DNA of 64,000 nucleotides from an uncultured Acidobacteriota bacterium (GTDB lineage: Bacteria > Acidobacteriota > UBA6911): assembly GCA_963827655.1 (NCBI GenBank), contig CAWHCF010000006.1, positions 32,001 through 96,000 of the forward strand. Direction: 5' to 3'. Below the pieces are notes generated by a model, which saw only the letters and a program-made list of their open reading frames with translations, did not search any database and was not told the origin of the DNA. Both the position numbers and the translations under genes were made by a program. Below, one piece after another: positions 19,787-29,587 of this stretch (the first letter of the stretch is position 1; every line of letters starts with the position of its first letter).

Positions 19787-20653
19787 CTAGCCGCGGGCAC
19801 GGGCTGCGGCTGCTTCGATCGAGCGGCGCGTATAGACAGCCGCCAGCGCCTTGCGGTACTCGCCCGAGGCGTGTATATCCGATAATGCTTCGATTCCTTG
19901 AGTTGCGGCCTCAGAAGCGGAGCGAAGCGCCTCCGGATCGAGAGATTTTCCTCGAAGCCTGGATTCCACCGCGCCGGCGCGAAATGGCATAGACGCCACG
20001 CCGGTGACCCCGATGCGAATATCCGAGCACTTCCCGTCCTCCAGCGCCAGACTGGTGGCGATGCCGACGAGAGCGAAACCGGAGGCCGGTTGCGCGACTT
20101 TGAAATAGGCAGAGCCTGCTCGAGCCCCGGCTTTCTTTACCCGAATCTCGGACAGTATCTCGCCGGCATTCACGGCCGATTGAAGCATTCCGACAAAGAA
20201 GCTGCCTGCCGGAACTTCGCGCGGCCCGCCGGCTCCCACCAGTTTCATTCGGGCATCGAGCGCCAGGATCGCCGCCGGAATATCGGACGCGGGGTCTGCG
20301 TGCACGAGGCTCCCTCCAATGGTGCCCCGGTTCCGGACCTGAACGTCTCCCACATGCGCGGAACACATCGCCAGAAGCGGCGCCTTCTCGATGATGAGAG
20401 CCGAAGTCTCCAGCATGTAGTACGTGGTCGCGCCGCCAACGACGATGTCGTCTCCTTCCTCGCGGATGAATCGGAGCTCGGGAATTCTTCCGATGTCGAC
20501 GAGTACCGAAGGCGCGGCAAGGCGAAGCTTCATTAGCGGAATCAGACTATGGCCTCCGGCGAGGACCTTGGCCTCCGCTCCATGCTGGCCCAGAAGCTTC
20601 ACGGCCTCGGCCACCGACTTGGCAACCACATAGTCAAAGCTCGACGGAATCAT
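19787..20653 (-). CDS. coxM: Xanthine dehydrogenase/CODH-family FAD subunit
   Basis: LAGGHSLIPLMKLR, RNRGTIGGS, ADPASD. Confidence 0.88.
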   Translation of the reverse strand: MIPSSFDYVVAKSVAEAVKLLGQHGAEAKVLAGGHSLIPLMKLRLAAPSVLVDIGRIPELRFIREEGDDIVVGGATTYYMLETSALIIEKAPLLAMCSAHVGDVQVRNRGTIGGSLVHADPASDIPAAILALDARMKLVGAGGPREVPAGSFFVGMLQSAVNAGEILSEIRVKKAGARAGSAYFKVAQPASGFALVGIATSLALEDGKCSDIRIGVTGVASMPFRAGAVESRLRGKSLDPEALRSASEAATQGIEALSDIHASGEYRKALAAVYTRRSIEAAAARARG

Positions 20654-23010
20654 TGAGTGGCCCTCCCTTGCTTGATGATGCGCCAAATCTTTTCGGGTCT
20701 AAGGGGCATGTCGATATGCTTGACGCCGAAGGGCGCCAGCGCATCGACAACGGCATTGACAATCGCGGGCGTGGAGCCGATCGTGCCGGCTTCTCCCACC
20801 CCCTTGACTCCCATCGGATTCACATTCGTGGGAGTCTCGGTCCGATCCGTCTCGAATCGAGGCAGGAAGGTTGCTTTAGGAATGGCGTAGTCCATGAGCG
20901 TTCCGGTGATCAGCTGCCCGTTTTCGTCATAGACCACTTCTTCCCAGAGCGCCTGTCCCATTCCTTGAGCTATGCCGCCGTGTACCTGGCCATCCACGAG
21001 CAGCGGGTTGATCGCCTTGCCGCAGTCATCGATGGCAACATAGCGCTGCCACTTGATCTCTCCCGTCTCGCCGTCGATCTCCACGACGGCGACGTGGGTG
21101 CCGAAGGGAAATGTGAAGTTGCTCGGTTCGAAGAACTGCGTGGACTCGAGCCCCGGCGTTTCTCCCTTGGGAAGCGCCTTGGCGGTGTAGGCGGCCAGCG
21201 CGATGTCCTGCAGACTCGTGGAAAGCTCCCGCTTCCCCTTCACGTAGTAAGTCGGTCCGCTGATGACGATCTGATCGGGCTCGGTCTTGAGCATCATGGC
21301 TGCGAACTGCCTGGCCTTCTCCTTGATCTTCTCGATGCACATGTAGACCGCCGTGCCTCCCACGGCTGTGCCCCGGCTTCCGAAAGTGCCGATTCCATAC
21401 TGCACGATAGCGGTGTCGCCGTGGCTGACGACGACGTCTTCGGGGTTGACGCCCAGCATGTCGCAGGCGATCTGAGTAAAGCTGGTCTCCTGTCCCTGCC
21501 CGTGAGGCGAGACGCCCGTGAGAATCGTGACTTTACCTGTCGGAGCAACCCGGACCGTGGCCGACTCCCAACCCCCGGCGGGCATCGCCGACGACGGGCC
21601 CAGGGCGCAGATCTCGACGTAGCTTGATAATCCGATGCCAAGGTACCGCCCATCCTTCCGCAGCCTCGACTGCTCTTCACGCAGCTTGTCGTAGCCTGCT
21701 TTTTCAAGAGCGATCTTCAGCGCGTTCTGGTAATTCCCGCTGTCGTAAACCAGTCCGGTCGACGTGGAATAAGGAAAATCTTCAGGTTCCACCAGGTTCT
21801 TCGTCCGGATCTCGACCGGATCCTTGTTAAGGTCTTGCGCGATGCGGTCCATCATGCGTTCGAGCAGGTAAGTGGCTTCCGGCCTCCCCGCTCCGCGATA
21901 GGCGTCGGTCGCTACTTTGTTCGTGAACACGCCGATCAGATCCATCTGAATCGCTGGAATCTTATAAGGGCCCGATAGCATCAGGCCGGTGAGCGTGGGA
22001 ATTGCCGGGGTCAAGAGCTGATGGTACGCGCCAAGGTCCGCCAGGACGCGGCAACGAAGCCCGAGGATAGTTCCGTCATTCTTGACCGCTACCTCAACTT
22101 CGTTGATTTGAGCCCGGCCCTGGATCGTGCCCGCGATATTCTCCCGCCGCGTCTCGGACCACTTGACCGGTGTGTTCAGCATCCTGGTCAGATAAGCCAG
22201 AAGGCCTTCTTCCCGGTAGACATTCAGCTTGCAGCCAAAACCGCCGCCGACTTCCGGCGCGATCACGCGAACCCGGTTCTCCGGCGCCCCCACCATCACC
22301 GCGACCTGAGTGCGCAGCAGGTGCGGAATCTGCGTTGACGACCAGAGATTGATGGTTTCTTCGCCCAGATTGTACTGTGCCACGACGGCACGGCACTCGA
22401 TCGAAATAGGAGCGAGGCGTTGATTTACCAGCCGCTGGGTCACGATCTTGTCCGCGCTCGCGAACGCCTTCTCGATATCGCCTCCCCCTTTTTGAACAAA
22501 AGTAAAAGCGATATTGTTCTCAAACTCCGGATGGACCTTGGGAGAATCCGGCTTTGCCGCCGCCTCTGAATCGACTACGGCCGGAAGCGGGTCGTATTCG
22601 ATCTGAACCAGGTCAGCGGCATCCCTGGCGGTATAGCGATGCGTGGCAATGATCGCGACGACCGGTTCGCCTACATACCGGACGGCATCCACCGCCAGGA
22701 CGGGATGGAAGGGAGCCTTCAGCCCCGGCATCCCGGCAGCGCAAGGGACCGAACCAATGAGGTGGGAGATATCCTTGCCGGTCAGAACCAGGATGACTCC
22801 CGGCGCGCGCTTGGCCGCCTCGGTATCGATGGAAATGATATTGGCATTCGCATGGATGCTGCGCACGAAGCCCACATAGAGCATGTGAGGGAACTTGAGA
22901 TCATCCACATACGTGGATGATCCGGTGATGAGGCGCGGATCCTCCTTGCGCTTCATCGAGGAACCCATTGCGCCAGGAAGCGTTTCTTCCATCGGTTTAG
23001 CGGTAGCCAT
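20650..23010 (-). CDS. coxL: Xanthine dehydrogenase-family molybdopterin subunit, form II CoxL-like
   Basis: VGGGFG, active-site AYRGAGR (form II, not AYxCSFR), GQGQET, GQVHGG, KGVGEAG. Confidence 0.88.
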   Translation of the reverse strand: MATAKPMEETLPGAMGSSMKRKEDPRLITGSSTYVDDLKFPHMLYVGFVRSIHANANIISIDTEAAKRAPGVILVLTGKDISHLIGSVPCAAGMPGLKAPFHPVLAVDAVRYVGEPVVAIIATHRYTARDAADLVQIEYDPLPAVVDSEAAAKPDSPKVHPEFENNIAFTFVQKGGGDIEKAFASADKIVTQRLVNQRLAPISIECRAVVAQYNLGEETINLWSSTQIPHLLRTQVAVMVGAPENRVRVIAPEVGGGFGCKLNVYREEGLLAYLTRMLNTPVKWSETRRENIAGTIQGRAQINEVEVAVKNDGTILGLRCRVLADLGAYHQLLTPAIPTLTGLMLSGPYKIPAIQMDLIGVFTNKVATDAYRGAGRPEATYLLERMMDRIAQDLNKDPVEIRTKNLVEPEDFPYSTSTGLVYDSGNYQNALKIALEKAGYDKLREEQSRLRKDGRYLGIGLSSYVEICALGPSSAMPAGGWESATVRVAPTGKVTILTGVSPHGQGQETSFTQIACDMLGVNPEDVVVSHGDTAIVQYGIGTFGSRGTAVGGTAVYMCIEKIKEKARQFAAMMLKTEPDQIVISGPTYYVKGKRELSTSLQDIALAAYTAKALPKGETPGLESTQFFEPSNFTFPFGTHVAVVEIDGETGEIKWQRYVAIDDCGKAINPLLVDGQVHGGIAQGMGQALWEEVVYDENGQLITGTLMDYAIPKATFLPRFETDRTETPTNVNPMGVKGVGEAGTIGSTPAIVNAVVDALAPFGVKHIDMPLRPEKIWRIIKQGRATQ

Positions 23011-23018
23011 GGTTCCTC

Positions 23019-23513
23019 CTAACCGGATGCCGAAGCAACCTTCGATTCCCGAAGCTTGCGCGCGGCGTGTTCGACGGCGTTAACAATATGTTGATACCCG
23101 GTGCAGCGGCAGAGATTGCCATCCAGGCCATGCCGGATCTGCTCTTCCGACGGATTGGCATTTCTCTTCAGCAGCTGGCAGGCGGCCAGGATCATTCCAG
23201 GCGTGCAAAAGCCGCATTGCAAGCCGTGCTCTTCCCAGAATCCTTCTTGCATGGTATGCAGCGTGCCATCCGGCGCTAACCCCTCGATGGTGGTCACCTC
23301 GGATCCCGCAGCTTGAACCGCCAGCAGCGTGCACGATTTCACCGCCTCTCCATCCAGCAGTACCGTGCACGCCCCGCAGATGCTGGTTTCGCAACCGATA
23401 TGCGTCCCTGTGAGACCCAGTATTTCGCGCAGATAGTAGACCAGGAGCAGCCTTGGTTCGACATTGTTTTCGTAATCTCTTCCGTTGACTTTGACGCGAA
23501 TCGCATATCCCAC
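23019..23513 (-). CDS. coxS: (2Fe-2S) subunit
   Basis: [26 protein letters not shown]. Confidence 0.9.
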   Translation of the reverse strand: MGYAIRVKVNGRDYENNVEPRLLLVYYLREILGLTGTHIGCETSICGACTVLLDGEAVKSCTLLAVQAAGSEVTTIEGLAPDGTLHTMQEGFWEEHGLQCGFCTPGMILAACQLLKRNANPSEEQIRHGLDGNLCRCTGYQHIVNAVEHAARKLRESKVASASG

Positions 23514-23761
23514 GTCCGTTACCTCCCCGGGGATTTACCTGAAGAATTGAGAGAAAAAATCGCTTCGGGAATTTCTTCGAAACGACCTTCGGACTAGGCC
23601 TAAATGGGGTTTCACGCTATCACAGGGCAAGAACAAAAGCCACCGCTAAGACGCGAGACGCAGAGTGCAATCGGGCGTTCGAACATGGGTGGAGTGGGGG
23701 GGCGCCCGGTAGCTTACACCTGGCTTGAAATTCTTGTCCACGATGTTCAATAATCGTCGCG

Positions 23762-24169
23762 ATGAAGGACCCTTACTCGGTGCTTGGGATAACACCCCAG
23801 GCGAGCGAAAGAGAGATCCGCTCTGCTTATCGCGCGCTGGCCAAGAAGCTTCATCCCGATACCGGCGCAGGCTCCTCGGAGGAGAAGTTTCGCGCGATTC
23901 AGGATGCCTATGAAGTGGTGAGCGACCCCGAAAAACGCCGGTCCTACGACAGAGCACGCCAACGCGCTGCCGCGGCGCGCTATGGGCCCGTGATTCCGGA
24001 GACGCGCCTGAATCCAAGATCGTCCCACATCGATCTGCGCAACCTCTCCGGCGAGAGAAGAGGCGAGCCCATCCGCTTCACAGCCGGTGCGGACCGCCGC
24101 GTCCGCTCAGTCGATCCCTTCTCGGAAGTTCAGGCCCTCTTCCGATTATTCGACGATTTCTTCTTCTAG
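23762..24169 (+). CDS. J-domain (DnaJ-like) protein
   Basis: DPYSVLG..AYRALAKKLHPD..AYEVVSDPEKRRSYD. Confidence 0.85.
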   Translation: MKDPYSVLGITPQASEREIRSAYRALAKKLHPDTGAGSSEEKFRAIQDAYEVVSDPEKRRSYDRARQRAAAARYGPVIPETRLNPRSSHIDLRNLSGERRGEPIRFTAGADRRVRSVDPFSEVQALFRLFDDFFF

Positions 24170-24174
24170 AACCG

Positions 24175-25080
24175 ATGGCGCAAGACTACATTGAAGTGCG
24201 CCTGAAAACCACGGTGGATCCGGGGGAACTCCTCGGATTCCTCAACCAGGAAGAAATCAGCGGGGCATGGGAAAACGACGGCGTGGTGTATCTATACTGG
24301 CCGGTCGACCACTGGACTGCGGAAATCCTGAACGCGATCGAGGAGGCGCTGCGCCGGCTGGGCGATCAAACCGCAACCACTCTCGGCGTGGATCGAATCC
24401 ATGATCAGAACTGGAATGAAGTCTGGGCGCAATCCATCCAGCCCGTCCGGGTCGGCCGTCGCATGCTGATCCGGCAAAGCTGGAATTGGCAACCACGCCG
24501 AACCGGAGAAATCGAACTCGTGATTGATCCCAAGCGGGCATTCGGAAGCGGCCATCACGCTACAACCCAGCTGCTGATGGAATGGCTGGAAGACCGGATA
24601 CAGGGCAACGAGCGCGTGCTCGACATCGGAACCGGAAGCGGGATTCTGGGAATGATAGCTCTGCGTCTGGGCGCCGTCTCGGCACTGGGAATCGACCATG
24701 ATCCAATCGCAATCGAGTGTGCCCGGGAGTGTGCTGCAATCAATGGATTTGGCCCCGAGCTGGATCTCCGGACCGCGGCGATCGGCGAGTTGAGCGCCCG
24801 GACGTTTGACCTGGTGCTGGCCAATTTGGATCTCAACACTCTGCTTGCTTATGCCGATCGCGTCGTGAGATGTGCCCGTCCCGGAGGGACCATTCTCATC
24901 TCGGGGATTGCTCCTCAGGACTACCAGGAGATCTCCACGGCGTACGCGGCCGCCGGCGGGCTCGTGGTGAGCCGGCGCGATCGCGACGAGTGGATGGCGC
25001 TCGAAATAGGTGACAGGCTACCTTTCCAATTTCGCAAGGGTTCCAGTTTTCTCACGAAATTGGAAGGAGCCTGTCACTAA
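24175..25080 (+). CDS. prmA: Ribosomal protein L11 methyltransferase
   Basis: IDPKRAFGSGHHATT, VLDIGTGSGIL, FDLVLAN. Confidence 0.88.
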   Translation: MAQDYIEVRLKTTVDPGELLGFLNQEEISGAWENDGVVYLYWPVDHWTAEILNAIEEALRRLGDQTATTLGVDRIHDQNWNEVWAQSIQPVRVGRRMLIRQSWNWQPRRTGEIELVIDPKRAFGSGHHATTQLLMEWLEDRIQGNERVLDIGTGSGILGMIALRLGAVSALGIDHDPIAIECARECAAINGFGPELDLRTAAIGELSARTFDLVLANLDLNTLLAYADRVVRCARPGGTILISGIAPQDYQEISTAYAAAGGLVVSRRDRDEWMALEIGDRLPFQFRKGSSFLTKLEGACH

Positions 25081-26690
25081 AATCCGGGTGGGGGCTCGAA
25101 CCCTCCGATGACCTCCGTTACGCGACCGGCAATATCAATCGCGGTCGCGTCCTCAAGATACGGACCCATGATCTGGAGCCCTACCGGCAAGTTTGCTTTC
25201 GTTCTTCCTACTGGAGCCACCGTGGCGGGGCATCCGGAGAGTGTGGCCGGCGAAATCCACTTCAACATATCCGCGTACAATCTCTCACCCTGAGGAGTGG
25301 CGACCTTCCTCTCAAAAAACGTCAATTTCTGATCGTGGGGAAAGGCCGGCACGATGTTTTCCGGCATCAGAAAAGCATCGCAGGTCTTGAAGTATTCTTC
25401 CCAGACAGCTCGGACTTTGAGGCGCCCTTCGGTCAGGCCCATCCACTGTCTGTGGGTAAGGTTCATCCCGTCGAGCCAGCCCTGAGCGTAGTGCCCCCAG
25501 GCACTTTGGGTAGACTGCTGGATTACCCTGATTTGTTCTTCTCCCAACCCGGCGCCTATGACGGCCGCCAGCAGACGCAGGTAAGTCTCGAAGCTGTCTT
25601 GAGGGTGGAATCCCTTGGGCCAACCTTGAACAAGTTCCAGACCTGCCTTTCGCAAGGCCTCGATCGCGATCGAGAGAACCTCGAGCACATCGGACCCCAA
25701 GGGGCAGAACGGGTCGTCCAGCACGTAACCGATCCGATAATCTTTGAGCCTGGAACCGCGCGCGGAGGGGAGATGCCACCGGTAGGCGATGGAGTCCTTC
25801 GAGAAGGGACCCGCCATGACCTCGAGTTGCAAGGCCAGGTCGCGGGCGCTCCGCGCCATCGGACCAGCGACAGGCAGATCTGGCGTCGTCGGCATCGTTC
25901 CGGGCGGAGGAGGTATATGGCCCTCCATGGGAACAACATTGAGAGTGGGTTTGTGGCCGTAGATGCCACAGAAGTGGCTCGGGGTGCGAATGGAGCCTCC
26001 GATATCGCTTCCAAGCTCGAGGAAGCCGATTCCGGCCGCAATACACGCGGCCCCTCCTCCGGTAGAACCTCCCGGTGTTCGTTTGGTATCCCACGGGTTG
26101 TTCGACGTGCCGACGATTTCGTTGAACGACTGCAGATCACCGGCAAACTCGGGCATGTTGGTCTTGCCTATGACGATCGCGCCCGCCTTTTTCAGGCGCG
26201 CCACCGCCGCGGCATCCTCTTTGGGAACATGCTTCTCCAGCATCTTCGAGCCGGAAGTCGTTCTCACGCCCGCAGTTTCGAAAGCATCTTTGATGACAAT
26301 GGGTAGTCCGTGAAGCGGTCCCCAGAGATTGCCCGCCGCCCGGTCCTGATCGGCCAGTCGACCCCGCTCTGTCGCCTGCTCCTCCATCAGGGTCACAAAC
26401 GCATTAAGTCTTGGATTATGTTTCTTGATGCGGTTGAACGTCGTTTCCAGCAGTTCGCGCGATGAGATCACCCCCTCGCGCAGCGCGCGCAAGGCTTCAT
26501 GCGCAGGACCGAAATTGGGATCAAAGCGGCGGGCGGCTGCCGACGGGCGTGGCATGCGACTGAGGTATGGAGCTGCCATCGGAACAGCGGCGACGGTTTT
26601 CAAAAAGGACCGGCGATTCGATTTACGATTGACGATTGACGATTGACGATTGACGCCAGGCGGCTGACGCGTGACCTGCGGTTTATTCAT
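25077..26690 (-). CDS. Amidase-signature family enzyme, Tat-exported
   Basis: NRRSFLK; GPLHGLPIVIKD, GGSTGG, GSDIGGSIRTP. Confidence 0.9.
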   Translation of the reverse strand: MNKPQVTRQPPGVNRQSSIVNRKSNRRSFLKTVAAVPMAAPYLSRMPRPSAAARRFDPNFGPAHEALRALREGVISSRELLETTFNRIKKHNPRLNAFVTLMEEQATERGRLADQDRAAGNLWGPLHGLPIVIKDAFETAGVRTTSGSKMLEKHVPKEDAAAVARLKKAGAIVIGKTNMPEFAGDLQSFNEIVGTSNNPWDTKRTPGGSTGGGAACIAAGIGFLELGSDIGGSIRTPSHFCGIYGHKPTLNVVPMEGHIPPPPGTMPTTPDLPVAGPMARSARDLALQLEVMAGPFSKDSIAYRWHLPSARGSRLKDYRIGYVLDDPFCPLGSDVLEVLSIAIEALRKAGLELVQGWPKGFHPQDSFETYLRLLAAVIGAGLGEEQIRVIQQSTQSAWGHYAQGWLDGMNLTHRQWMGLTEGRLKVRAVWEEYFKTCDAFLMPENIVPAFPHDQKLTFFERKVATPQGERLYADMLKWISPATLSGCPATVAPVGRTKANLPVGLQIMGPYLEDATAIDIAGRVTEVIGGFEPPPGF

Positions 26691-26837
26691 CGAGGACGCT
26701 CCTTCGATTTACGATTGACGATTGACGATTTACGATTGCAGCAGCGCCTCATGCGTGCCATGCGGTTCATTCCCATCGAGAGACGCTTCTTCGATTGTCT
26801 TTAAATCGTAAATCGTCAATCGTCAATCGTCAATCGT
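26620..26837. repeat. Heptamer arrays (GATTGAC)n at 26620-26655 and 26706-26738; inverted (AATCGTC)n at 26804-26837
   Basis: Read directly; partly inside the amidase N-terminus and the MFS C-terminus. Confidence 0.9.
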
Positions 26838-28093
26838 CTGACCGGCGCTCCGCGGTAATAGTGCCGCAAGGCGGGAGTCTTGAGCGCAATCCACAGGGTG
26901 GCAATCAGACTTCCGATACCTCCGGTGACCACTGAGAAGGGAGCGCCATACCAATTTGCCACCAGTCCGGCCTCCAGTTCTCCCAGCTGCGGACCACCCA
27001 TGAAGAACACCATGTTTACGCCGGTCATCCGCCCCCGCAGATGATCCGGAGTTTCGATCTGGCGGATGATGTTTCGAAGCACCATGCTCACGGTGTCGGT
27101 CACGCCTGTCAGCGCCAGACAAAAGAACGTGAGCCAGAAACTGCGCGAAATGCCAAAGATCAAGGTTGCCAGGCCATAACCCGCGACGGCCCAAAGCAAG
27201 ACCGATCCGCGCCTCTGGATGTGGTCGACCACCCGCACCATGACCGCGCTTGCGAGTACGGCACCCACGGAGGGGGCCGCATACAGCCAGCCGTATCCTT
27301 TCGCTCCCACCCGGAGGATGTCCTGCGCAAAGATCGGCAGCAGCGCCGTAGCCGATGAGAAGAACGTCGCAAAAAAATCGAGCAACATGGTTGAGCGGAT
27401 CATGGGCGACGAGAAAACGAACCGCAGCCCTTCACCGGCGGCATGGCGGCTGATTTTTCCCCTGTCGCTGTCCAACGGCCTGGCAACGTCGCGCATGAGG
27501 AGTAGTGCCACAATTACCACGACAAACGAGAATGCGTTGACTACATACACCCACTTCACGCCGGCCGTGGCAACCACTACTCCCGCCAGCGAGGGGCCGG
27601 CAACCGAGGCGATCTGAAACATGATGGTGTTGAGGCTGATGGCATTGGCCAGGTGTTCGCGCGGAACCAGGTTGGGAATCAATGACTGCCGAGCCGGGCC
27701 ATCAAAGGAACCCGCCGCCGAGCTCAGCGCCGTCAGCAGGTAGACCGGCCACGCTGCCGAAAGGCCGCGGAATGTCAGAAAGGCGAGCAAGCCGGCGAGA
27801 AGCGCCATGGCGGTTTGTGTAGCCGTCATCAGTTTACGACGATCGAGCGCATCCGCAACCACTCCACTGATCACCGAAAATACGACGATCGGGATCACCC
27901 GCACCAATCCCACCAGGCCGAGGGCTAACCCCTTTTGATCGGCCGGCACAAGAAGGGAGACGTGCCACAGAATCGCCGCATTCTGCATCATGGAACCGGA
28001 AAACGAAATGAGCTGGCCCCACCAAAGCAGCCGGAAATTACGGTGTTGGAGGGCTACGAGAGAAGAGGCTATGAGGCGCGAGGAACTAGGGAT
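26816..28093 (-). CDS. MFS transporter (MFS_3/EntS-like); start probably upstream of track ORF
   Basis: Multiple TM helices, GVVADALDRRK; conserved ALQHRNFRLLWWGQLIS lies in frame upstream of ATG 27991; ATC at 28093 follows AGGAG. Confidence 0.85.
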   Translation of the reverse strand: MPSSSRLIASSLVALQHRNFRLLWWGQLISFSGSMMQNAAILWHVSLLVPADQKGLALGLVGLVRVIPIVVFSVISGVVADALDRRKLMTATQTAMALLAGLLAFLTFRGLSAAWPVYLLTALSSAAGSFDGPARQSLIPNLVPREHLANAISLNTIMFQIASVAGPSLAGVVVATAGVKWVYVVNAFSFVVVIVALLLMRDVARPLDSDRGKISRHAAGEGLRFVFSSPMIRSTMLLDFFATFFSSATALLPIFAQDILRVGAKGYGWLYAAPSVGAVLASAVMVRVVDHIQRRGSVLLWAVAGYGLATLIFGISRSFWLTFFCLALTGVTDTVSMVLRNIIRQIETPDHLRGRMTGVNMVFFMGGPQLGELEAGLVANWYGAPFSVVTGGIGSLIATLWIALKTPALRHYYRGAPVRRLTIDD

Positions 28094-28133
28094 GACTGCT
28101 CCTGGGAGTTCGTCTTATACGTTTGCCTGCTGC

Positions 28134-29408
28134 CTACTGCTTTTGTGTCACCAAATACGGGATCGTCATCGGTCCCTCGGGAAGCACCGCGATCGCAGAG
28201 TCTCGACCGATGCGTTTCAGCTCTTCGCCGACCTCGTCACCGATATCCAGGACGGGGTCGAGATGGGCGCGCCTCACCTCGGACGAATCAATCTCGCTGT
28301 AAAGCCCGACGCGGGCCTTCCGGCGGATCATCGCCAGCATTTGGGCCTCCCACTGATCGTACATCGAAAACCCCGGAGCGAGGATGGTATCGAGAATGTC
28401 CTTGGGCGAGGCGTGGTCGAAGAGAAGCTTGCGGAAATTTCCATGCGCTGGAAAGCCGTCATTGCACCTGGATGCAGCCAGGATCAACCCGCCCTCTGCC
28501 ACGATCTGCGCCCCGGCAGACATCCCCTTGACTGCCTGATAGAGGTTCTGGTCGAGCGGATAACCCCCGTTGGTGGTGACTACAATCGGGTAAGCCTGTT
28601 CGCACGCCACCATGGCGGTCGACTTGGCGAAAATGCAACCCTGCTCGTGCGCGGTCAGGGTATCCCCGCAGAAAAACCCCGTGATCTGCCGGTTCCGGTT
28701 CTGGGTGACATTAATGCAGAAATCGACCGGAAGAAGAGACCCGTTAGCCCGGATTTGGTCCTGTGTCGGATTCCGTTCCAGCACTCCCCAGGTGCTTCGC
28801 GGATCTCCGATCACCGAAGCGCGATGGTAATGCATGATCGAGTCGATATCCGCCAGGGCTGGGAAGATCCCTTTGTATCCGCCGGAAAACCCGGCCATGA
28901 AATGCGGCTCGATAAACCCGAGCACGATACGCCGGTCGGCCTGCACGTATTCCTTGTTCATGAACACGATTCGCCCATCCGGCGATTTCCCTGCCGGCAG
29001 CAGAGTGGCGGGGTCGTGAGATGAGTGGTTGACGATTCGATACTTTGAGGCGATCTCGGCTCCCACCATCGCGGCCAGTTCCGGCTCGGTATTGGGACGA
29101 TGCGAGCCGGTGCCGACGATAATGGTGAAATTCTTCTCCGGCACTTGCGTCAGCTCTTCGAACGTCCAGCGCAGGAGGCGATCAGTCACCAGCGGCCGCG
29201 TGATATCAGGTATCACCACGGCCACGCGCTCCTCCGGCCCTATAGTCTCCCGGAGCGGCCGCGTGTTGATCGGGTTGCGCACCGAAGCGCGGAAAGCGGT
29301 CTCTTCGTCTTGAAGCCCTTCCAGGAATTTCGGGGCTATCACGCTCACGTTCAACGACGGGATTTGCACATCGAGTCCGTCTCTTCCGTACTCCAGGCGC
29401 ACATTCAT
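28134..29408 (-). CDS. larA: LarA-family nickel-pincer-dependent hydroxy-acid racemase/epimerase
   Basis: PDITRP, GTGSHR, EPHFMAGFSGGYK, GYPLDQNLYQAVKG. Confidence 0.85.
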   Translation of the reverse strand: MNVRLEYGRDGLDVQIPSLNVSVIAPKFLEGLQDEETAFRASVRNPINTRPLRETIGPEERVAVVIPDITRPLVTDRLLRWTFEELTQVPEKNFTIIVGTGSHRPNTEPELAAMVGAEIASKYRIVNHSSHDPATLLPAGKSPDGRIVFMNKEYVQADRRIVLGFIEPHFMAGFSGGYKGIFPALADIDSIMHYHRASVIGDPRSTWGVLERNPTQDQIRANGSLLPVDFCINVTQNRNRQITGFFCGDTLTAHEQGCIFAKSTAMVACEQAYPIVVTTNGGYPLDQNLYQAVKGMSAGAQIVAEGGLILAASRCNDGFPAHGNFRKLLFDHASPKDILDTILAPGFSMYDQWEAQMLAMIRRKARVGLYSEIDSSEVRRAHLDPVLDIGDEVGEELKRIGRDSAIAVLPEGPMTIPYLVTQKQ

Positions 29409-29423
29409 CGGTTTCTCTCCGTA

Positions 29424-29587
29424 TTTACGATTTGACGATTGACGATTGACGATTGAAAAGCCTCACCTAGCATCTACCAAACACCGCCGAGTCTATTGCC
29501 AAGATCTCTTTCGAACTTAGTTCGGGGAATCGCCTCCCTACTATTCAAGATACCAATCGTCAATCGTCAATCGTAAATCGTCAATCG
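29424..29587. repeat. Inverted pair of heptamer arrays, (GATTGAC)n ... (AATCGTC)n
   Basis: Arrays at 29424-29455 and 29554-29587 around a ~100-bp unique spacer. Confidence 0.9.

Noticed and set aside
20650-23010. Aerobic form I CO dehydrogenase
   Set aside because: AYRGAGR motif and S-L-M order.
18718-29587. Short repeat arrays as CRISPR
   Set aside because: Units are 7-9 bp tandem repeats without regular unique spacers; no cas genes.
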